Origin: Escherichia coli
GTDB taxonomy: Bacteria; Pseudomonadota; Gammaproteobacteria; Enterobacterales; Enterobacteriaceae
Assembly: GCF_003334785.1 (NCBI RefSeq)
Contig: NZ_QOWV01000001.1
Strand: one strand, 5' to 3'
Length of the DNA: 64,000 bases
The notes under the pieces were generated by a model. The model did no database searches, had not been told where the DNA came from, and saw only the letters and a list, made by a program, of their open reading frames with translations. Of this stretch, positions 1-13,905 are shown piece after piece; the stretch's first letter is position 1; each line of letters begins with the position of its first letter. A program made the position numbers and the translations under genes.

Positions 1-1
1 C

Positions 2-391
2 CGTGATTTCGACCGTAAACAGTTTGAAGCGCGTAAACGTAAAATGATGGAGATCGCCAAAAAAGTGGGCAAAGGGTTACATCCTGATTGCTACATTGAA
101 CTGGTGATTGAAGACAGTTACTACAATATGCGCGAGAAAGTGGTTGAGCATCCGCATATTCTCGATATCGCCCAGCAGGCGATGCGCGATTGCGATATTG
201 AACCGGAACTGAAACCGATCCGCGGTGGTACCGACGGCGCGCAGTTGTCGTTTATGGGATTACCGTGCCCGAACCTGTTCACTGGCGGTTACAACTATCA
301 TGGTAAGCATGAGTTTGTGACTCTGGAAGGTATGGAAAAAGCGGTGCAGGTGATCGTCCGTATTGCCGAGTTAACGGCGCAACGGAAGTAA
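2..391 (+). CDS. pepT: Peptidase T, C-terminal fragment (gene starts before the window)
   Basis: Frame is open from position 2; translation ...[25 protein letters not shown]...TAQRK matches the PepT C-terminus; stop at 389-391. Confidence 0.9.
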   Translation, partial: RDFDRKQFEARKRKMMEIAKKVGKGLHPDCYIELVIEDSYYNMREKVVEHPHILDIAQQAMRDCDIEPELKPIRGGTDGAQLSFMGLPCPNLFTGGYNYHGKHEFVTLEGMEKAVQVIVRIAELTAQRK

Positions 392-399
392 GCGAAAAG

Positions 400-424
400 G
401 GATGCGGCATGTGATGCCGCATCC
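400..424. repeat. REP-like perfect palindrome (11-bp stem, 3-nt loop) between convergent pepT and roxA; probable bidirectional terminator
   Basis: GGATGCGGCAT gtg ATGCCGCATCC read directly; sits between two convergent stop codons. Confidence 0.5.
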
Positions 425-439
425 GGCTTAAATCCAAAC

Positions 440-1561
440 TTACCCTTCGAAGAACCAATACCCGCTATTGACCAGCGCCGCGAGCATCGCGAGGAATGAC
501 GGATCTTCCAGCGCATCGCCAAAATTCTCCGCAGTCAGCGCAATGTTGCTGGCGAGTGCATCCAGTGCCGGACGGTGCGGGGAATCGATCTTCTCACCAT
601 TGGCATACACGTCGTCGCCAATGCGCAATACGCGCAGACCACCCAGGCGCACCAGCACTTCACCTTGTTTCAGCGCATCGTAGATTTCATCCGGCTGATA
701 AGGCGGCTCTGGCGGCGCGATATCCAGTTCATGACGTGACTGGGATATAAACTCGCCAAACCATTGCTTAAAGTGTTCCGGCTGGTTGATCAATTCGAGC
801 ATCATCTCACGCAGTTTATCCATCTCTTGCGGCAGAACATCCGCAGGATGAGCGCGAGGTGGAACATCCGGATCGCTGTAGTAGTTGCCGCCCAGTTCAC
901 GTTGCAGCACATAATCGGCAAATCCACTAATCAGTTCCCGCGTATTTGGCGCGCGAAAGCCCACGGAATAGTTCATCGCATTTTCCAGCGCGTAGCCTTC
1001 ATGCGGGAATCCTGGCGGAATATAAAGAATATCACCAGGCTCCAGCTCTTCATCGATGATGGCTTCGAACGGATCGACCTGTAACAGATCCGGATGTGGG
1101 CAGTGCTGTTTCATTTGCAGCTTTTCGCCCACTCGCCAGCGACGACGTCCGGTACCCTGAATGATAAACACGTCGTACTGATCGAGATGCGGACCGACGC
1201 CGCCGCCGGGTACAGAAAAAGAAATCATCAGATCATCAATACGCCAGTCCGGTAGTTCACGGAACGGTCGCATCAGCGCGGCGGTCGGCTCATGCCAGTG
1301 GTTCACTGCCTGTACCAGTAATGACCAGTTGGTTTCACCGAGATGATCGTAGCTTTCGAACGGGCCGTGGCTGACCTGCCATTTGCCATCCTGGTGACTG
1401 ACCAGTCGACTGTCAACTTCGCTTTCCATCGCCAGACCCGCCAACTCGTCTGGAGAGATCGGGTCAATAAAATTATTAAAGCCGCGTTTTAACACCACCG
1501 GGCGTTTCTGCCAGTGACGTTCAAGAAAATCGGGCCAGTTAAGAGTGAGTTGGTATTCCAT
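440..1561 (-). CDS. roxA: Ribosomal protein uL16 arginine hydroxylase (cupin/JmjC family)
   Basis: ORF translation MEYQLTLNWPDFLERHWQKRPVVLKRGF... recognised as YcfD/RoxA; start placed at the MEYQ methionine. Confidence 0.88.
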   Translation of the reverse strand: MEYQLTLNWPDFLERHWQKRPVVLKRGFNNFIDPISPDELAGLAMESEVDSRLVSHQDGKWQVSHGPFESYDHLGETNWSLLVQAVNHWHEPTAALMRPFRELPDWRIDDLMISFSVPGGGVGPHLDQYDVFIIQGTGRRRWRVGEKLQMKQHCPHPDLLQVDPFEAIIDEELEPGDILYIPPGFPHEGYALENAMNYSVGFRAPNTRELISGFADYVLQRELGGNYYSDPDVPPRAHPADVLPQEMDKLREMMLELINQPEHFKQWFGEFISQSRHELDIAPPEPPYQPDEIYDALKQGEVLVRLGGLRVLRIGDDVYANGEKIDSPHRPALDALASNIALTAENFGDALEDPSFLAMLAALVNSGYWFFEG

Positions 1562-1636
1562 GTTAAGCATCCACAGGCTGGTATCTGCAACCGATTATAA
1601 CGGATGCTTAACGTAATGCGTGAAGTATGGGCATAT

Positions 1637-3097
1637 TTATTCATCTTTCGGCGCAGAATGCTGGCGACCAAAAATCACCTCCATCCGCGCACCGCCCAGC
1701 ATGCTCTCTCCGGCGACGATTTTACCCTCATATTGCTCGGTGATTTCGCGGGCTACCGCCAGCCCTACACCTTGCCCAGGGCGTAAAGTATCAACCCGTT
1801 GACCACGGTCGAAAATGACCTCTCGCTTGCTTAATGGAATACCGGGGCCATCATCCTCGACCACAATATAGAGATGCTCGTCGGTTTGCCTTGCAGAAAT
1901 TTCGACAAACTCGAGGCAATATTTACAGGCATTATCCAGCACGTTGCCCATCACCTCGACAAAATCGTTCTGCTCACCGACAAAGCTGATCTCTGGCGAA
2001 ATATCGAGAGAGATATTGACCCCTTTGCGTTGATACACTTTGTTCAGCGCTGAGGTGAGATTGTCCAGCAGTGGGGCGACCGGATGCAGCTCGCGGCTGA
2101 GCAATGTCCCGCCGCGCATACTGGCACGATGCAGGTAGTAGCCAATTTGCTGTGAAATGCGGCTGATTTGCTCCAGCATTACCGGCTCAGCATCACTGAC
2201 GCTCATCTTTTCACTACGCAGAGAACGCAGCGTACTTTGCAGCACCGCCAGTGGCGTTTTCAGACTATGGGTCAGGTCGGTGAGCGTCGTACGGTATTTG
2301 TCGTAACGTTCGCGTTCACTTTTTAACAATCGGTTCAGGTTTCGTACCAGACTGGTCAGTTCTCGCGTTGTGGCTGGATTGAGCAATTCGCGGTTATGTT
2401 CTTCCAGTTCGCGGACTTCTTTTGCCAGGGCTTCGATGGGGCGTAAACTCCACCAGGCGGCGACCCACAGCAGCGGGATCACTAACAGCAGATTGGCTGA
2501 GAGCACATAGATAAACCAGCTCCAGACCATATAGGAACTTTTTAGCTCCACCGGAATGGTATCCACCACCACAATGGTTAATTTTGGCATCCGCGATGTT
2601 GCCGGGTAGACGTTTACTGCCACCGAGTGGGTCATCTCCGCGTCGTCATCATCTTCCCGCACTTCCTGCAACTGTTGCTGTATCGAATGATCTCCACTCA
2701 GCAAGAGGCTGGTATCGTTAACATCCGCTTCAATTTCATGAAAACCATTCGATTTCAGCCAGTCAGGCTGGATCATCTTCATCAGCCAGGGCACGTCACG
2801 TTGCGCCCATAAAAGCTGCCCGTTCTCATCATAAATTAGCGTCATGGTGGGGCTTTGCTTGTCGATATTTTCGGGTAACTCGACATGCAACTTATTGTTT
2901 TCCCACTTCGCAAGGGTATAGAACAGATTGCTCTCGCCACGTAACAGCCGAAACGTAGTTTTATCGAAACTGACGCTATAACCGATCAGCGCGACCATTC
3001 CGTAGGCAAGCGAAAGCACCAGTACTACCGCTGCCGTTGCCAACAGAAAACGTACCCGCAGCGAGAGCGGGAAAAAAAGACGCAGTAATTTTTTCAT
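1637..3097 (-). CDS. phoQ: Sensor histidine kinase PhoQ
   Basis: 486-aa ORF with two N-terminal TM segments, periplasmic domain and HATPase C-terminus; start overlaps the phoP stop. Confidence 0.95.
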   Translation of the reverse strand: MKKLLRLFFPLSLRVRFLLATAAVVLVLSLAYGMVALIGYSVSFDKTTFRLLRGESNLFYTLAKWENNKLHVELPENIDKQSPTMTLIYDENGQLLWAQRDVPWLMKMIQPDWLKSNGFHEIEADVNDTSLLLSGDHSIQQQLQEVREDDDDAEMTHSVAVNVYPATSRMPKLTIVVVDTIPVELKSSYMVWSWFIYVLSANLLLVIPLLWVAAWWSLRPIEALAKEVRELEEHNRELLNPATTRELTSLVRNLNRLLKSERERYDKYRTTLTDLTHSLKTPLAVLQSTLRSLRSEKMSVSDAEPVMLEQISRISQQIGYYLHRASMRGGTLLSRELHPVAPLLDNLTSALNKVYQRKGVNISLDISPEISFVGEQNDFVEVMGNVLDNACKYCLEFVEISARQTDEHLYIVVEDDGPGIPLSKREVIFDRGQRVDTLRPGQGVGLAVAREITEQYEGKIVAGESMLGGARMEVIFGRQHSAPKDE

Positions 3098-3768
3098 CAG
3101 CGCAATTCGAACAGATAGCCCTGGCCGCGAACGGTGGTAATCACTTCTTGGGGATATTGTGCCTGAATTTTTTTGCGCAGACGTCCCATCAGTACATCAA
3201 TGGTATGGCTTTCCCGCAGCTCCGCATCCGGATAGAGTTGGAGCATTAACGAATCTTTGCTGACCACTTTGCCATTATTGCGTATCAACGTTTCCATAAT
3301 GGTGTATTCGAACGCGGTCAGTTTGATCACTTCGTCATTAATAGATAATTCACGGCGAGAGAGATCAACCTGAAACGGGGGGAGCGAAATGACCTGTGAA
3401 GCCAGACCGCTATTACGCCGCATTAATGCCTGCATTCGCGCCATCACCTCTTCAATATGAAACGGTTTAGTCACATAATCATCAGCACCGGCACTTAATA
3501 CTTCGACTTTGTCCTGCCAGCTTTCACGGGCGGTTAATACCAGAATCGGCAGTGAAACATCGTTGCTACGCCAGCGGCGAATCAGTGACAGACCGTCCTC
3601 GTCTGGCAATCCGAGATCGACAATCGCAATATCCGGTATATGTTCATTGAGATAATAATCGGCTTCTTTGGCATCTTCTGCGTCATCGACCTGATGACCA
3701 GCATCCTGAATCTGAACTTTAAGGTGGTGACGTAACAACGCATTGTCTTCAACAACCAGTACGCGCAT
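3097..3768 (-). CDS. phoP: Response regulator PhoP
   Basis: 223-aa [30 protein letters not shown]... with OmpR-type winged-helix C-terminus. Confidence 0.95.
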   Translation of the reverse strand: MRVLVVEDNALLRHHLKVQIQDAGHQVDDAEDAKEADYYLNEHIPDIAIVDLGLPDEDGLSLIRRWRSNDVSLPILVLTARESWQDKVEVLSAGADDYVTKPFHIEEVMARMQALMRRNSGLASQVISLPPFQVDLSRRELSINDEVIKLTAFEYTIMETLIRNNGKVVSKDSLMLQLYPDAELRESHTIDVLMGRLRKKIQAQYPQEVITTVRGQGYLFELR

Positions 3769-3828
3769 TTTTATTTCTCCCTGTCTTAATTATTAAAATA
3801 GTGTAACGCGATTATGTGGTTATGGGGG

Positions 3829-3845
3829 TAAACATTAAATAAACC
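3829..3845 (-). promoter_or_regulatory. PhoP box (direct repeat GGTTTA-N5-TGTTTA) in the phoPQ promoter
   Basis: Reverse complement reads GGTTTATTTAATGTTTA, about 60-77 bp upstream of the phoP ATG; matches the known autoregulatory PhoP box. Confidence 0.65.
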
Positions 3846-3936
3846 AGCGGGGAGGGGAGGTAAAGTGAAAAAATAAAAAGCGGATAATCTTAATAAGCAG
3901 GCCGGACAGCATCGCCATCCGGCACTGATACGAGGT

Positions 3937-5310
<1,374 letters not shown>

Positions 5311-5952
5311 TCACAACTCCGGGGTTAAATGAGCAAGAATTTGTTTTGCCTGAGTGGTCAGGCGATTACGAGAAAACATCAGTTGCAGACGTCCGCCGCC
5401 GACCTGGTGCCAGAGCACGGCGGCGCGAATGCCTGCCAGCAGGGTTGCGCGAACTTTCGCCTGCACTTGTGGGCTTTGCAGTACAGCAGGGGAACCGGTG
5501 ACCTGAATGCGCGGGCCAAGCGGGCTAATCACATCAACATAGATAGCAGCCATCGCGCTCATCAGCGTTTCGGACTGTAAATCGAAGTGTTCGAGCTGGC
5601 GTTGCAGGCCGTTGATCCGGTTGCCCAGAGTGTCGAGCGCGCCTTTCGCTGAGGAGAGTTTGCGCTCAAGCACCATCAAGCTGAGTGTGTAGCGGGTTAA
5701 TTCGGCGTTTAAGCCCTGGCGACTGCTGGCATTGAGCACGCCGAGCAGGGTTTCCAGCCCGACGCGCAGGTTGGCTTCGCTACCGCCAAAAACCGCCAGC
5801 GTCGAGCTGGGGTTCATATCAATAATACTGTTGAGTGAGACGTGTAGCGCATCGGCATCACAATGCCCCTGGTGAGCGAGTTGTTGCACCAGGCGTGCCG
5901 ACTGACAAATACCGGCCAGGGCGAGGGTGATGTCATAGTAATTCTTTGCCAC
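5311..5952 (-). CDS. hflD: High-frequency lysogenization protein HflD
   Basis: ORF ...[29 protein letters not shown]...; start placed at GTG 5950-5952 to give the 213-aa product. Confidence 0.8.
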   Translation of the reverse strand: MAKNYYDITLALAGICQSARLVQQLAHQGHCDADALHVSLNSIIDMNPSSTLAVFGGSEANLRVGLETLLGVLNASSRQGLNAELTRYTLSLMVLERKLSSAKGALDTLGNRINGLQRQLEHFDLQSETLMSAMAAIYVDVISPLGPRIQVTGSPAVLQSPQVQAKVRATLLAGIRAAVLWHQVGGGRLQLMFSRNRLTTQAKQILAHLTPEL

Positions 5953-5987
5953 GTTCACTGCTTCCTTGTTTTAAGTAAAGATAATAA

Positions 5988-7609
<1,622 letters not shown>

Positions 7610-7618
7610 TTTGCATCC

Positions 7619-8272
7619 TTAATCTGTCACTTCTCGCCATTCACCATTGGCAAGATTATCCAAAGAGTAATCACCCATCGCATAGCGAATCAGTCGCAGC
7701 GTGGGGAAGCCAACATGGGCGGTCATGCGGCGCACCTGGCGATTACGTCCTTCATATAAGGTGATCTTCAGCCAGCTGGTGGGAATACTTTTGCGTTCAC
7801 GAATTGGTGGATTCCGCGGCCATAACCACGCGGGTTCGTCAACCAGCTCCGCGCCGGCGGGCAGGGTAGGGCCATCATTTAAGGTTACGCCATTGCGCAA
7901 GGCTTCAAGTGCGTCTTGTGTGGGAATACCTTCCACCTGCACATAATAGATTTTTCCGGTGCGTTTACCCGGCTGGGTTAAACGCGCCTGCAACGCGCCG
8001 TTATTGGTCAGCACCAGCAACCCTTCGCTATCGCGGTCAAGGCGACCTGCTGCATAAACACCCTGAACCGGGATGAATTCTTTTAATGTTTTGCGTCCGG
8101 CTTCATCGGTGAACTGCGGAAGAACATCGTAGGGTTTATTGAACAGGATCACACGCGTGGGCTGGTTTTCAGGTTTACGCCTGGTAGAACGTTGCGAGCT
8201 GAATCGCTTAACCTGGTGATTTCTAAAAGAAGTTTTTTGCATGGTATTTTCAGAGATTATGAATTGCCGCAT
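7619..8272 (-). CDS. rluE: 23S rRNA pseudouridine synthase RluE
   Basis: 217-aa ORF with RsuA/RluE-family motifs ([28 protein letters not shown]). Confidence 0.88.
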
Positions 8273-8443
8273 TATAGCCTAATAACGCGCATCTTTCATG
8301 ACGGCAAACAATAGGGTAGTATTGACAAGCCAATTACAAATCATTAACAAAAAATTGCTCTAAAGCATCCGTATCGCAGGACGCAAACGCATATGCAACG
8401 TGGTGGCAGACGAGCAAACCAGTAGCGCTCGAAGGAGAGGTGA

Positions 8444-9694
8444 ATGGAAAGTAAAGTAGTTGTTCCGGCACAAGGCAAGAAGATCACCCTGCAAAACGGC
8501 AAACTCAACGTTCCTGAAAATCCGATTATCCCTTACATTGAAGGTGATGGAATCGGTGTAGATGTAACCCCAGCCATGCTGAAAGTGGTCGACGCTGCAG
8601 TCGAGAAAGCCTATAAAGGCGAGCGTAAAATCTCCTGGATGGAAATTTACACCGGTGAAAAATCCACACAGGTTTATGGTCAGGACGTCTGGCTGCCTGC
8701 TGAAACTCTTGATCTGATTCGTGAATATCGCGTTGCCATTAAAGGTCCGCTGACCACTCCGGTTGGTGGCGGTATTCGCTCTCTGAACGTTGCCCTGCGC
8801 CAGGAACTGGATCTCTACATCTGCCTGCGTCCGGTACGTTACTATCAGGGCACTCCAAGCCCGGTTAAACACCCTGAACTGACCGATATGGTTATCTTCC
8901 GTGAAAACTCGGAAGACATTTATGCGGGTATCGAATGGAAAGCAGACTCTGCCGACGCCGAGAAAGTGATTAAATTCCTGCGTGAAGAGATGGGGGTGAA
9001 GAAAATTCGCTTCCCGGAACATTGTGGTATCGGTATTAAGCCGTGTTCGGAAGAAGGCACCAAACGTCTGGTTCGTGCAGCGATCGAATACGCAATTGCT
9101 AACGATCGTGACTCTGTGACTCTGGTGCACAAAGGCAACATCATGAAGTTCACCGAAGGAGCGTTTAAAGACTGGGGCTACCAGCTGGCGCGTGAAGAGT
9201 TTGGCGGTGAACTGATCGACGGTGGCCCGTGGCTGAAAGTTAAAAACCCGAACACTGGCAAAGAGATCGTCATTAAAGACGTGATTGCTGATGCATTCCT
9301 GCAACAGATCCTGCTGCGTCCGGCTGAATATGATGTTATCGCCTGTATGAACCTGAACGGTGACTACATTTCTGACGCCCTGGCAGCGCAGGTTGGCGGT
9401 ATCGGTATCGCCCCTGGTGCAAACATCGGTGACGAATGCGCCCTGTTTGAAGCCACCCACGGTACTGCGCCGAAATATGCCGGTCAGGACAAAGTAAATC
9501 CTGGCTCTATTATTCTCTCCGCTGAGATGATGCTGCGCCATATGGGTTGGACTGAAGCGGCTGACCTGATTGTTAAAGGTATGGAAGGCGCAATCAATGC
9601 CAAGACCGTAACTTATGACTTCGAACGTCTGATGGAAGGCGCTAAGCTGCTGAAATGTTCAGAGTTTGGTGAAGCGATCATCGAAAACATGTAA
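8444..9694 (+). CDS. icd: Isocitrate dehydrogenase (NADP)
   Basis: 416-aa [46 protein letters not shown]... matches E. coli Icd; intact 3' end. Confidence 0.97.
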   Translation: MESKVVVPAQGKKITLQNGKLNVPENPIIPYIEGDGIGVDVTPAMLKVVDAAVEKAYKGERKISWMEIYTGEKSTQVYGQDVWLPAETLDLIREYRVAIKGPLTTPVGGGIRSLNVALRQELDLYICLRPVRYYQGTPSPVKHPELTDMVIFRENSEDIYAGIEWKADSADAEKVIKFLREEMGVKKIRFPEHCGIGIKPCSEEGTKRLVRAAIEYAIANDRDSVTLVHKGNIMKFTEGAFKDWGYQLAREEFGGELIDGGPWLKVKNPNTGKEIVIKDVIADAFLQQILLRPAEYDVIACMNLNGDYISDALAAQVGGIGIAPGANIGDECALFEATHGTAPKYAGQDKVNPGSIILSAEMMLRHMGWTEAADLIVKGMEGAINAKTVTYDFERLMEGAKLLKCSEFGEAIIENM

Positions 9695-9716
9695 TCTCTC
9701 CATGTGTTAAATATTG

Positions 9717-9749
9717 AAACGGGCGTATAACACGCCCGTTGTTTTATTT
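9717..9749 (+). terminator. Rho-independent terminator of icd
   Basis: Hairpin AACGGGCGT-ataaca-ACGCCCGTT followed by GTTTTATTT, 23 bp after the icd stop. Confidence 0.75.
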
Positions 9750-9796
9750 ATGTGGATATTATTAATAGCATATCGAGCATATTTATATGAAGCCCA

Positions 9797-10120
9797 TTAC
9801 TTGAGCCCATATGGGCATATTTTTATAATGCAACTATTATGTAAACATTTATTTGTTATTTTGCTTTCTCCTGGAGGACACTCTTGACTGCTTTTGAGTA
9901 AACTCCATAAATCCTTGTTGAATGGTGCGATGTGATAAATAGTAATAGGATATTCTTTATCCTTAAGGATAATACCAGACTTAACCGGTGTAAATATACT
10001 GCCAGGAGGGAGAAATATAGTAGATTGATACCAGATGATCATTTTCATATTACCCCATATGGCTGAAAAAGATATACCACATGTAGGTTGAATTACCGTG
10101 TCAATTACTATCCACTTCAT
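9797..10120 (-). CDS. iraM: Anti-adaptor protein IraM (RssB inhibitor)
   Basis: 107-aa [35 protein letters not shown]... recognised as IraM/YcgW; AT-rich surroundings. Confidence 0.85.
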   Translation of the reverse strand: MKWIVIDTVIQPTCGISFSAIWGNMKMIIWYQSTIFLPPGSIFTPVKSGIILKDKEYPITIYHIAPFNKDLWSLLKSSQECPPGESKITNKCLHNSCIIKICPYGLK

Positions 10121-10562
10121 TTGTTATGTCTTATCCCACGGTATTTAATATGGTTCATTAGGATGTTTATTTCTTGATTTTGCATATGAGTATATTACCC
10201 CCCCCTCAAAAAAATAAATTAATTAAAATGATGGCTTATATAAAATAAAATTTAAAGCAAGGAATCTCAATGGATGTTAAACAAAATGAGATTTTGTGAA
10301 AGCAATAAATTATTGACTTCGTTTTAGATTTGTTTAGCTATAATGTTATACATTCAAATGACTGAACATCCTGTAATTAAAACATAGCCTTTATGCTACT
10401 TTGTGCCAATTTGCTAAACATTATGGTTGCCTTTTTATATAACGATAATAATGAATATAAGCATGACATGAGAATAAGGTTTCAATTTTTGAGTTATATA
10501 GGAATGATTTAACCTGTTCCTGGCTAAAATACATATAACCGGATGATGACTAAACCAAAATA

Positions 10563-10610
10563 CATGTGCGTTAAGTATTGAAACGGACGTGTGGCACGGC
10601 CGTTGTTTTT
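10563..10610 (+). repeat. Degenerate second copy of the icd 3'-flank/terminator sequence
   Basis: CATGTGCGTTAAGTATTGAAACGGACGTGTGGCACGGCCGTTGTTTTT versus 9701-9745 CATGTGTTAAATATTGAAACGGGCGTATAACACGCCCGTTGTTTT; roughly 80% identity by eye. Confidence 0.5.
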
Positions 10611-10819
10611 ATAAATATGTTAACCGTTATAAAATAACGTATCAAAAGTCAAGTGATCACATTTCAAATATCAAGTTGATAGTATTAGTCTGGTGATTAT
10701 TTATGGGTGACAATAAAAAGACAGTATTAATCATCCATAGAGATAGTCTCTGCACTTTTATTTCCATTATGCTAATGCCTTACTGAATTATGAAGCATTT
10801 CTTAAGTATCCAACTTTAG

Positions 10820-11224
10820 CTAGATTAATGGTTTATTATTTTCTACATCTTCAATATATAAAAGCGTATTATCAATGGCGTAGTAACTGCGTTTGTTATG
10901 ATTAACATCAGTAACCCACCGGAAAACGCCCGCGCCTGCCAGTGTTGAACAGTATTCCCGAAATGTAGATTTTCCGCAAATATGAAGCAATGCGGCCTCT
11001 TTTATTTTAGCAGGGTTCTTGGTCGTACTAACTTTTAACAGGTTCCTGGTTCCTCTTAATAACAAAACCGTATCATCGTGAGTAATAATTCTGATGTTAT
11101 CCGTAGCCAGATAATAAATGTAATGTGCAATACGGTGATGTTTTAATTCTGAATAAAACCAGGAGAAGTTTTGCTCTTTTCTCACTTGCTCAAACATCTT
11201 TTGAAAAACAACGACCTGATCCAT
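10820..11224 (-). CDS. ycgX: DUF1398-family protein YcgX
   Basis: 134-aa ORF MDQVVVFQKMFEQVRKEQNFSWFYSELKHHRIAHYIYY... recognised as YcgX. Confidence 0.8.
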   Translation of the reverse strand: MDQVVVFQKMFEQVRKEQNFSWFYSELKHHRIAHYIYYLATDNIRIITHDDTVLLLRGTRNLLKVSTTKNPAKIKEAALLHICGKSTFREYCSTLAGAGVFRWVTDVNHNKRSYYAIDNTLLYIEDVENNKPLI

Positions 11225-11444
11225 CAGGATAATAACCTCTTGTTAGTTGTGAGACTGCGTAGTGTGCACGATCGGTTTTACCACTTCAATCTGGTCTGTC
11301 CTTTGGCTGTGATATGTACAGAGTGTGATAGAGGGAATATCTGAATTCTCCCGGTGAGCATTTTGCAACGGACCAGCTCCGGTACAAACGCTGTTGTGGG
11401 TTCAGATTATAACATTCTGTCTAAGGGGCGGGATAAAGGTGAAA

Positions 11445-12176
11445 TTAGGGGGCATGAAAGATGACTTTATAACCTTGCTCACCCCAGTGTTGTAAAAGTT
11501 CGTTTTGCCTTCTCGTTGGTGCCATGCCTGTCCAGACAATCAATGTTTGCGTCGGGAACAGTTCCGGGCGCGGCGATTCAATGGGATCAGCAAGAACAGA
11601 AATGTGCCATCCTGACAATGATAAACGCCATGCTTCCAGCCACAATCGTGCTCTCTCTTCAACATTCCACGCCATCAGAATGGCTTCTTTACCGGGCTTA
11701 CGGCGCATTTCGAAAAGCGAGGTTGCTGCGTATTCAATTAATGCGCCGTCAAACATACTGCTCATAATGCGGGAGGTGTTGTGATCAAGCACGAGACGCT
11801 GGCGAACAGGAAGGTAAACATGATTAATCAATTGATCTACTGGGTACTCTCGACCCAGTGAAATAATTCTCGCGCGTAGTTTGGCAGGATTAGCCATGCG
11901 AAGAATTGACATCATCTCTTCTTGCAGGCGGCTCCAGTCATCTTCCGTATCCTGGCTGGTGGTTTCCAGTAATGCTTTAACTTTGCCTACAGGGACGCCA
12001 TTACTTATCCAACGCTTGATCTCTTCGATGCGTTGTATGTCTTCTTCATCAAAGAGTCGGTGTCCGCCTTCACTGCGCTGTGGTTTTAACAAACCGTAGC
12101 GGCGTTGCCAGGCCCGGAGAGTGACAGGATTAATCCCGCAACGTTCAGCAACATCACCAATGCTGTAATAAGCCAC
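11445..12176 (-). CDS. bluR: MerR-family transcriptional repressor BluR (YcgE)
   Basis: 243-aa ORF with N-terminal MerR helix-turn-helix ([27 protein letters not shown]); GTG start. Confidence 0.9.
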
Positions 12177-12209
12177 AATTCCTCCTTGCGGTCACAAATC
12201 TCCGTCGCC

Positions 12210-12260
12210 TGTACACGACCCAATAATACTTTGTACAATATACGCTAAAATTGTACAAAG
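12210..12260. promoter_or_regulatory. Cluster of TGTACA palindromes upstream of bluR (candidate MerR-type operator)
   Basis: TGTACA at 12210-12215 and two copies of the self-complementary 8-mer TTGTACAA at 12231-12238 and 12251-12258, forming a 10-bp inverted repeat CTTTGTACAA...TTGTACAAAG. Confidence 0.4.
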
Positions 12261-12380
12261 TATAAATAAGATTTCAGCTAAATTGGATGAAACATTATTT
12301 TTAATGTGGATTAAATTTAAACGTAACGTATTCATTTTCACGATGATTTACTGAAATCATGTGAAAGAATGTGCTGAAAA

Positions 12381-13592
12381 TTATTTTTTCTCTGGCCACG
12401 CTATGGAAGGGATACCATTCAATTTAGCTTTAGCAAACAGATCTCCCTGAAACATCTCAATTCCTGCGGATTCAAGCCACATCCACTCTTCTGGTGTTGC
12501 CACGCCCATAGCACTGACTTGAATTTCAAGTGATGTACAGCATTTTATGATCGCCTGAATAATTGCCTGCCGTGGCCCACTTTTATGAACATTGGTAATC
12601 AATTCCTGACTGATTTTAATTCTGTCAGGCTGGAAGCGTGACAGGAGTAACAAACCAGCAAAACCTGCGCCAAAATGATCAATTGCTACACTGATACCAG
12701 CAGCCTTTAGCGATTTAATCGCTTCGGCAAACTCATCAAACCGAGATATGACTTCACTTTCAGTAAATTCAACGATGATTTGTTCAGGCACCAGAGCATT
12801 GGCCTTTATTTCATTAAGTAAAAAAGAGACTGCGTCAGGTTCGTTAACCAGGGTCATAGGTAATAGATTGATTGAAATCATTTTATCACCGAGCTCAAGT
12901 GCGTGTGCCATCGTGAATGCAAGCGCCTTACTTTTGAGATCCGCTGTGTAGATTTCCCCGTCTTTACGCTGCCCAACCGCTATGGCTGATGGGCTATCTT
13001 CATTTTTTTGCACAATGGCTTCAAAAGCGATTATCCGCCGCGATAAGGGATCGACAATAGGATGAAAGGCAAAGTGGTCGTTTATAGTTGGTGAAAGGGC
13101 ACAGGAATCAAGTTCTTTATCAGATCCGTCAGCGATAAAAAGCCAGGAGTCTTCGGCAGGGATCTCGAAATAGGTTGATTGTTCGGTTGCAAGGACAAAA
13201 GTACGAAAAAATTGTAGCGCTCTGTCATCATAAGTTAGCTGAAATTTTGATGTGCCTTTGTCGAATACGGCCTGTAAAACGTCATCTCGCTCGTGCAGGC
13301 GCAAATCAAATAATTCCATTCCCGCTTTGCCAAAACGGCGAGCAGGCGCGTAATCGCACAGCAGCTCAACAATATTATAGTGCCGTGGATCCTGACATAT
13401 AGCCCGATATATCATTTTAACCTGTTCTTCCGGACCTTCCAGAAGCTGGAAAAAATGAGAACCATTAAACAGTAAGATCCCTGTTACGTCAGACTGCATG
13501 TTCCTGCGATTTGCTATCGAAACCATTTCTTCGATTTTTTTGACAGGTTCGTCGTCACGTATATGGCTACGATAAATAAGGGTGGTAAGCAT
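12381..13592 (-). CDS. bluF: Blue-light sensor BluF (BLUF plus degenerate EAL domain; BluR antagonist)
   Basis: ORF contains MLTTLIYRSHIRDDEPVKKIEEMVSIANRRNMQSDVTGILLFNG (BLUF) and a C-terminal EAL-like region; start placed at MLTT for 403 aa. Confidence 0.9.
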   Translation of the reverse strand: MLTTLIYRSHIRDDEPVKKIEEMVSIANRRNMQSDVTGILLFNGSHFFQLLEGPEEQVKMIYRAICQDPRHYNIVELLCDYAPARRFGKAGMELFDLRLHERDDVLQAVFDKGTSKFQLTYDDRALQFFRTFVLATEQSTYFEIPAEDSWLFIADGSDKELDSCALSPTINDHFAFHPIVDPLSRRIIAFEAIVQKNEDSPSAIAVGQRKDGEIYTADLKSKALAFTMAHALELGDKMISINLLPMTLVNEPDAVSFLLNEIKANALVPEQIIVEFTESEVISRFDEFAEAIKSLKAAGISVAIDHFGAGFAGLLLLSRFQPDRIKISQELITNVHKSGPRQAIIQAIIKCCTSLEIQVSAMGVATPEEWMWLESAGIEMFQGDLFAKAKLNGIPSIAWPEKK

Positions 13593-13830
13593 TAACAATC
13601 CAGGGTAATGGGTGAGGCGAGAGTAAGACGGTAACAGACATATCTTCTTGTGTCTTTCTTTTAATACCAAAACATAACCGTTTCTTTACATTGATAAAAA
13701 ATGGAAAAAGTTGAACACTAGTTGGCGAAAAATCTTGTATAGATTGTCAGTTAAATGATGCAATATGTTTTATCATAACACATTGTTTTATATGCATTAG
13801 CACTAATTGCAAAAAATTAATTTATCATTC

Positions 13831-13850
13831 TGTACACATATTTCGTACAA
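13831..13850. promoter_or_regulatory. TGTACA-N8-GTACAA inverted repeat in the ycgZ promoter (candidate BluR operator)
   Basis: cTGTACAcatatttcGTACAAtt lies 56-75 bp upstream of the ycgZ ATG and shares the TGTACA core with the bluR upstream repeats. Confidence 0.4.
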
Positions 13851-13905
13851 TTTTGCTATTGTTACTTCACTTAACATTGATTAACATTTTTAACAGAGGC
13901 GTAGC

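Noticed and set aside
8360-9541. 393-aa ORF on the minus strand
   Set aside because: Entirely antisense to icd, whose identity is unambiguous; long antisense frames are common opposite GC-rich, codon-biased genes. Translation has no recognisable domain.
9695-11444. Looked for e14 prophage genes (integrase, lit, pin, mcrA) after icd, as in K-12
   Set aside because: None present; the interval holds only iraM and ycgX, so this strain lacks e14 at this site.
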